Position numbers and translations under genes: made by a program. DNA of 64,000 nt, from positions 43,338,001-43,402,000 of the forward strand of contig CAIIXF020000001.1 of assembly GCA_903813345.2 (NCBI GenBank). The letters run 5' to 3'. How positions within the stretch are numbered: the stretch's first letter is position 1; every line of letters starts with the position of its first letter. Positions 57,901-64,000 of the stretch are shown piece after piece. The stretch comes from Owenia fusiformis. Its lineage: Eukaryota. Under the pieces are notes generated by a model, which did not search any database, was not told where the DNA came from, and saw only the letters and a program-made list of their open reading frames with translations.

Positions 57901-59018
57901 TGTATAATAATATTAAAAATAATTTGATATCTGTTGGCAAAAGGAATAACTGGAGGATATCGCCACAATATACTCCAGGAAACCAATATGCAGAGGATAT
58001 TTTGACGATATACTCCACTTGTTGATTTCCCGCCAAATCGAACTATTTGACAACTTGGATAAAGATTTTAACAATAACTCACCATACATAACCTAGGAAA
58101 ACAACACTAGGTATAGAGATTAAGAGTTGTAGTCTTCGCCACTCTCTGACAGCATACGCCAGGCCTGCCAAAGACACCATCCCAAGTGTCCATCCTGTCA
58201 ATGATATTGTCCCAGCAGCTACCCTGTACTTTGGACCAATCAGCTCCATTACTAAGTTCAAGAAAAAAGTAATGGTCAGTCAACTATATTACTGAGTTCA
58301 AGGAAGAAATTAAATGGTCTATTAACTCCATTACCGAGTTCAAGCAAAAAGTAACAGCCAGTAAGCTCCATTACTGAGTTTAAGGAAAAATATAATGGTC
58401 TATTAGCTCCATTACTGGGTTCAAGCAAAAACATAATAGCTAATCAGCTTTCTTACTGAGTTTAAGTAAAAATTAATGGCATATCGGCTCTATTACTTAG
58501 TTTAAGCAAAAAGTAATGGCCAATCAGCTCCATTACTGAGTTTGAAGAAAAAATAATGATGGCATGAATGATTGCTGACTCAGTGTTAAGCTGCTGGCAG
58601 AAGCACTGACTTATAAGTGACCTGTCAATTACTCAACAATTTAGTTTTTATTTGTTGGCTTTAGATCCTTTTGAGTCACCATGGGACTATTCATTGTAAT
58701 TGAGAAATATCTGGAGGAAGATGTCAGGTTGTGTTGATTGCATTTTTATGATTTAGAAGAGAAAAACTTCATCAACATATAACAAAATCCCATGCTGTTG
58801 CTAATAAAACCAAATTAGGTCCCTTATTAGAATCTCTTATTAAAATGTAAAGTAAGATCTTACAAATGACGTAGCTTGTCTGTGTACTTCCTGTGATGAA
58901 GCATGCTGTAAGGAAGCGGAAGACGGTGTATGATATGATCTCTGGCAAGAATGCTGTGCTTATTGACGTTACTATGGTACCCAGCAATGTCGCAATATAG
59001 ATTTTCTTTCTGCCAAAT
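54916..59018 (-). CDS. SLC22-family (MFS) organic cation/anion transporter, last 8 coding exons; 5' exons not seen in window
   Basis: Minus-strand exons 58864-59018, 58083-58251, 56501-56719, 56154-56262, 55835-55940, 55568-55749, 55189-55349, 54916-55033 (last exon less certain). Motifs RFGRK, MELIGPKYR, PESPRWL, SLVYYGLSLN, YSAEVYPTPLR, LPETKGKPLPETIED. Confidence 0.92.
56755..57690. repeat. 20-bp minisatellite (CACAATGGCTTACCATATAT), about 46 copies, in SLC22 intron
   Basis: Direct reading; explains the three overlapping long ORFs 56828-57683. Confidence 0.97.
58239..58555. repeat. ~40-bp minisatellite (about 8 copies) derived from an SLC22 splice acceptor
   Basis: Unit ATCAGCTCCATTACTGAGTTCAAGCAAAAAGTAATGGCCA; the first copy overlaps the exon start at 58251. 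Confidence 0.85.
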
Positions 59019-59384
59019 CTAAAAAATACAAGATGAGCCAAAAAAGGTTACCCAAACAAATGTTAATAACCCAGTCATTCAGCGTGGGTTTATGGTCATA
59101 CTGGGCACAATTAAACCTTGTTAAATGTTTTATTGGTTTATCCCCAATGATCAAGATTTTATGGCCATTTTACAAAATCTGCTGTAAAATACTGGCATCC
59201 TTAAATGTTTTGGCCAAGTTGTTCACTACACGAGCACAGACATCTTGTGTAATAGCTCTCATTTTTTTCTCTCATTTTAATGTTTCAAGGGTTGTTAGTG
59301 TAGACATTTGCTCAGTGATAAAAATCTGGGGGGATCTATGTCTGATGAGTGTGGCACATCGTCATGTGTGTGTGTAGTTGGTGT

Positions 59385-59720
59385 AGTGTGTATAATAATC
59401 GCATATGAGCTACAAGGCTATCTGTACCTATGGTGTAGCAGCATAGTATGTGCAGCAAGCACATATGAGCTCCTAGGCTACCTCTAACCATAGTGTAGCA
59501 GCATAGTATGTGTATTGAGCTTTATAGTAAGCTCCGAGTGTATGCATGCTCCTAGATCACCTTTACCCATAGTGTAGCAGCGTAGTATAGGTAGATAACA
59601 TATGCACGCTCCTTTAGCACCTATACTCCCAGTGTAGCAGCATAGTATGCGTAATAAGTGTAGTAACTGTAGTATGAGTAGCAAATGCATAATTATGAGC
59701 TCCTATGTAACCTCTACCAA
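59385..59720. repeat. Degenerate ~55-80-bp tandem repeat
   Basis: Recurrent ATAGTGTAGCAGCATAGTATG ... GAGCTCCT motifs. Confidence 0.6.
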
Positions 59721-60585
59721 AAGTGAACTCAAATGGATGGATATTCTGTATCATACTTGCAGCAAAATGTTGTTTCTCAAAAAAATCATGGGATGTCATC
59801 GACTAATTTGATTAACCTTGTGGAGCAGATCGACGGTCGTTTTAAGAAATTTCAATATTTTCACACAATTTATTTTTACTGAAAATCTGCTAATTTGCAG
59901 AGAAATTGAACCAGTACATGCAATGACAATTTCAATCATCTGAAATCTTTAATGATCTAATATGAAGTTACTAAAAAAAGGCACAGACGTTTTACACTCA
60001 GAATGATCATTTTTCCATTTTAACTTCTTAACATATTTTGAAGAAGGCTACTCAAAACAAGGTTTAAAGCAGTTACGCTATGCTGAATGTATATAGTTGT
60101 TGCGTGTGAACTGTGAAGCATTGTCCAATACATGTAATTATAAAGTTGACTCAAATGAAAAATGAGCTAGTAGACATTACCCTCATCCGATTGAACTTTA
60201 GAAAAATGATAATTATTATCCTAGATAATCTAAATACAGATCTAAATACCTGTTGTTACCAGCCTGCAAAAATATTTTGTCATCTTTTATCAATAATATG
60301 TGTGACCTAATTAAAAATATTTTGAAGTTTGGATTTTCAGAATTGAATTCATTTTTTAACAAAATACTCAATTGGCCAGGCGGGGCTATTTGAAAGATAC
60401 ATGTAATGTGTACATTGAGCATTTAGTCAGAAAATTTCACCCGGTGCTTTCAGGTTTGCCTCCAAACATAACATAAGACTGGCATTTTGGGCATGTTTTG
60501 TAAATGGCCATGAAATCGTAACCATTTGGAATAGATCAATGAAACTTGTTTGAAAGAAAGAACATTGAACAAGGTTTAATTTTCC

Positions 60586-61262
60586 CAAAGGAGGAGGAAA
60601 AGTATCAAAACAGATTTCAGACAGTCATATGTTGGATTTTGGCTATTTTCTGAGGATTTAAACAGGTGCATATGTTAGGCCAATGCATTACCCCCAGGAA
60701 AAGCACTCATAGAGATGATAAAATAATTTTGACTTGGAGACAAGGAAGATACAAACAACCCATTGCACCCACATTTTTTCTGAAATGTTTTCCTGATTTT
60801 CAACCCCTTCCACCCCTGCTTTTTTATTTAAATTTTTCTTTCTTCAGGGTGTCTAAAGATATTCATTATGGGCTGAAAGCAATGGATCGCACGAGTTTTC
60901 CCTATGGGAAAATAACATGGGAAATATTGTTTTCCACTTTATCTTAAACGAATCAATTATTCCTTTTAAGGGGTTAACTGTGTGCCAAAACACAACATAT
61001 TGATGCAAGAAAAATTAAAAAAGCAGGGGTGGAAGGGGTAGAAGGGGTTGAAAATCAGGAAAACATTTCAGAAAAAACATGTGGGTAGGTTGTTTGCATC
61101 TTCCCTGTCTTAAAGTCGAAATTATTTTATCATCTCTAGGAGTGCTTTTCCTGAAGGTAATGCATTAGTGTAGGACATGCTACTGTTTAAATCCTCAGAG
61201 AGTAGCCAAAATTCAACATATGACTGTCCGAAATCTGTTGCGATACTTTCCCTCCTCCTTTG
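60586..61262. mobile_element. Diverged foldback element, ~245-bp inverted arms
   Basis: 60586-60830 is the reverse complement of 61013-61262 (AAAGGAGGAGGAAAAGTATC / GATACTTTCCCTCCTCCTTTG). Confidence 0.7.
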
Positions 61263-61400
61263 TCCTCAGACCCATATTGGATGACTATTGGATGATATTG
61301 ATGATGAGTTATTATGATTTATATGGGTTACCTTTTTTGGCTCACCCTGTTATATGTATATTGCATTTATAGCATCCTCACATGCATCCGCATGCATTTG

Positions 61401-61445
61401 CAATTAAAGTAAATCACCACCATTGGTGGTGATTTACTTTAATTG
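61401..61445. repeat. Perfect 45-bp palindrome
   Basis: CAATTAAAGTAAATCACCACCA-T-TGGTGGTGATTTACTTTAATTG. Confidence 0.9.
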
Positions 61446-61964
61446 TCCATTTACCTAGGCCTCAGGTTATTCTTGATATAATGTATGAGATCATTTAATT
61501 GTAAAGTACATACTTTAGAATAATTGAGAATAATGTCGAGGGTATTGTAGGAGTAATTCATGCATACTTCTATCCCTTGGAATAGAGATATTGTGGGTTA
61601 CTGACTGCTGAAAGTGTTTCCTTCAATTTCCTTTAGAACGTCAATGTAACGAGATGGATGAAATCTCTGGATATGAGTTTTTTGTTTTCTCAATTTAAAC
61701 TTACATATAGGCCTAACTTATGTTGCTAATTATCATTTGGCACAAAACAATATAGTTTAGCTTTTAGAAATGCTCTTGGTTTGGAATTTAATTTTTAAAT
61801 AAAGCTGTAATTCCTGCATTTAGACCATCGCTTTTGTTACATTGACGTAAGTTGTCAAAGTAACCTACATTGGTAATATAACGGACATTCGTCAATGTAA
61901 CAAAAGTGAGGGGCTAAATATATGAATTGCAACTTCATTTGCAAAACAAATTCCAAATCAAAGA

Positions 61965-62885
61965 TTTATACAGTAATTTAGGTACAATATATAAAACTGT
62001 AATAGCGATATGTTTTAGATGTAAAAAAGTCATATAGAACATTAATAAAGCTGGAAATGTAGATATTTAAGAAATACATGGCAGCCATCTTGAAAAATGG
62101 CGGCCTTTACACGCTATTTTATGGTTGTTGCTGTAACTTGAAAAGAAGTGGATCAATATTGTTTATATTTGATATGTGAATATTCATAAGCATGACGCAC
62201 TGTTTTATGATACTTTGGCGAGAAGACGGCCATTTTAAAATGGCCGTTATTTTTACATGTGTCATTTTACTTTTTTTATTATAACTCAAAAAGTAATGGA
62301 GCGATTTTGTTCATATTTGAATGTGAATACTCATAAGCATGGCACACTCTCTCATGAAACTTTAGCTAGTAGGCAGCCATTTTGAAAAATTGCCGCCATT
62401 TACATGTGAGTGTGTGCAAATTTATTAAAATTTTAAATGTGCCTTCTTAGAAGCATATTACACTTTCTTATGACAATTTGGCTTATGAGCAACCATATTG
62501 AAAATGTTGGCCATTTTTGTGTGATAATGATAATGAATTTTCAAGATGGCCACTTAATTTCAAAATGGCTGGCATTTTTTTTATAGAAAACCATAATCTT
62601 TGATGATAATATACCAGTAGACTGATTTTGTTCAAATTTTATATACTAATGCCTAGAGATAAAGGAGCTCTCCTCGAGATAGCAGCTGAAATAGCCACTT
62701 TTTGTAAAAACATAATCTCCAATAAATTAAATACCAGTGGACAGATTTGGTCCAAATCTCATATACTTATACCTAGGGACAAGGGAGCTCTGTTCAAGAA
62801 GAGATTTTCTAGATAGCCACTATTTATCAAACCATGTTTTGTTCGGTGGGATTTGCTACTCCATGGAGTTTCTGATTTCTTGTTT
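61965..62885 (+). mobile_element. HINE-like family C/D fragment with 3' hairpin
   Basis: Homologous to 52660-53330; ends GTTCGGTGGGATTTGCTACTCCATGGAGTTTC..CTTGTTT. Confidence 0.6.
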
Positions 62886-64000
62886 GAGTTTTTTTTATTG
62901 TATGTCAAAATAGGGCCATTCAAAGGCCCGCTCAATAGGGAAAATCTATACTAAATTAGTTTAAACATGTTGGGGATTTGCCAAATGGAATTCTGTGTTT
63001 CATTTTATTTATTCACAGCATGAGTACTAAACTAGTACTTCTCTAGTGAATGAGGATTTCAATCACGGCCTATGAGCGCATTAATGCATTCTACAATTCA
63101 GCATAGATAGAGATCTAATAATCTTGATAGTTTAAATTGAACCCTTCAACATGTTCAAAGACTGTATCTTGCCCCAAATACGTAGGTACGAGGTTTTTTA
63201 TACAAAGCCCATTAATATTTTAAACTTCACTTTCATGTATACTTCTATCATGGCCATGCATAATATGAAATATTATGATTCCATTGTTTCTCAGGTATAA
63301 TCAAGTCAGAAAGGCATTCAGTAAAACAAACATTACTGCCCCCTCCCACCATCAAATGAACAAAATAGAGAAGCCTTGTCATACAAATGTCATGGAAAGT
63401 GACACAAATACTATAGTATATTATTTTTACTATTGAAGTCTATTCTAAATGAATCAAAAATATGATGTTTAAAAGAAAGTTGGCATTATTTTTGGGTGAT
63501 AACTTCAAAGACATTATGTTAACATAACCATCGAGGTCAAACATCCTAATTAAATACTATCCGGCATGTCTCTAAGGACACTAGAGTTGTTATTATGGAT
63601 GTCATTTAGATTGAAAATATAAATACGTACTCTGTAATTGACAAAGCCAAACTTGGTTGAAAAACTATTGTTTAATTCTTTATTTTACTCATTGGTTGGT
63701 TATGAAAAGATTAACTTTTCAACTTTGTAACCAGCATACCTCCAAAGGCAAGCCAGATTCTCGCCTTTCTAATTGTCACTCAGACTGGGATACATAGAGG
63801 CATTCTTTTGAGCCTGCTTTGCTCAATTGTATGTGAAGAGAAACAAGTGTCATGCACACGTGTCTTATTGAGTGGTTCAAAGTATTTTCTTTCTCACTTA
63901 TCAAGTTACTTCTCTCATGGACATGACGAAAATTCACGTTTCTCGCAAACACATTCTTCAAAGCTCGTCTAAAGCCTTTCATTCTTAAAACATAGGTGAC

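Noticed and set aside
58772..58800. TAWDFVIC resembling the SLC22 WDLVC motif
   Set aside because: Lies in the intron downstream of the RFGRK exon, the wrong order for that motif, with no splice support.
63776..63982. 68-aa minus-strand ORF as a possible SLC22 5' exon
   Set aside because: No transmembrane or SLC22 motifs recognised.

Overview
AT-rich, intron-rich animal genomic DNA. It is probably a lophotrochozoan invertebrate such as a mollusc; this is inferred from repeat style only. Four spliced genes were reconstructed by hand with GT-AG junctions and consistent phases. (1) Glycine decarboxylase P-protein GLDC (+, 22 exons, 19314-38293; first exon upstream of the window). (2) A complete clan-3 cytochrome P450 (-, 12 coding exons, 531 aa), tail-to-tail with GLDC. 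(3) The 5' part of TAF5L (+), head-to-head with the P450 across a short divergent promoter. (4) The 3' part of an SLC22 organic-ion transporter (-), lying inside or interleaved with a TAF5L intron. The first ~18.5 kb (GLDC intron) is not a simple tandem array. It reads as a last-in-first-out nested stack of non-autonomous Helentron/HINE-type rolling-circle elements of two families that repeatedly inserted into each other's 5' TT-rich microsatellite. Introns also hold many foldback MITEs (TTAA-TSD Kolobok-like, a 5-bp-TSD CAC-ended Transib-like palindrome inside a LINE fragment, and others) and minisatellites, several copying splice junctions. Most ORFs in the supplied track are exon fragments or repeat artefacts.
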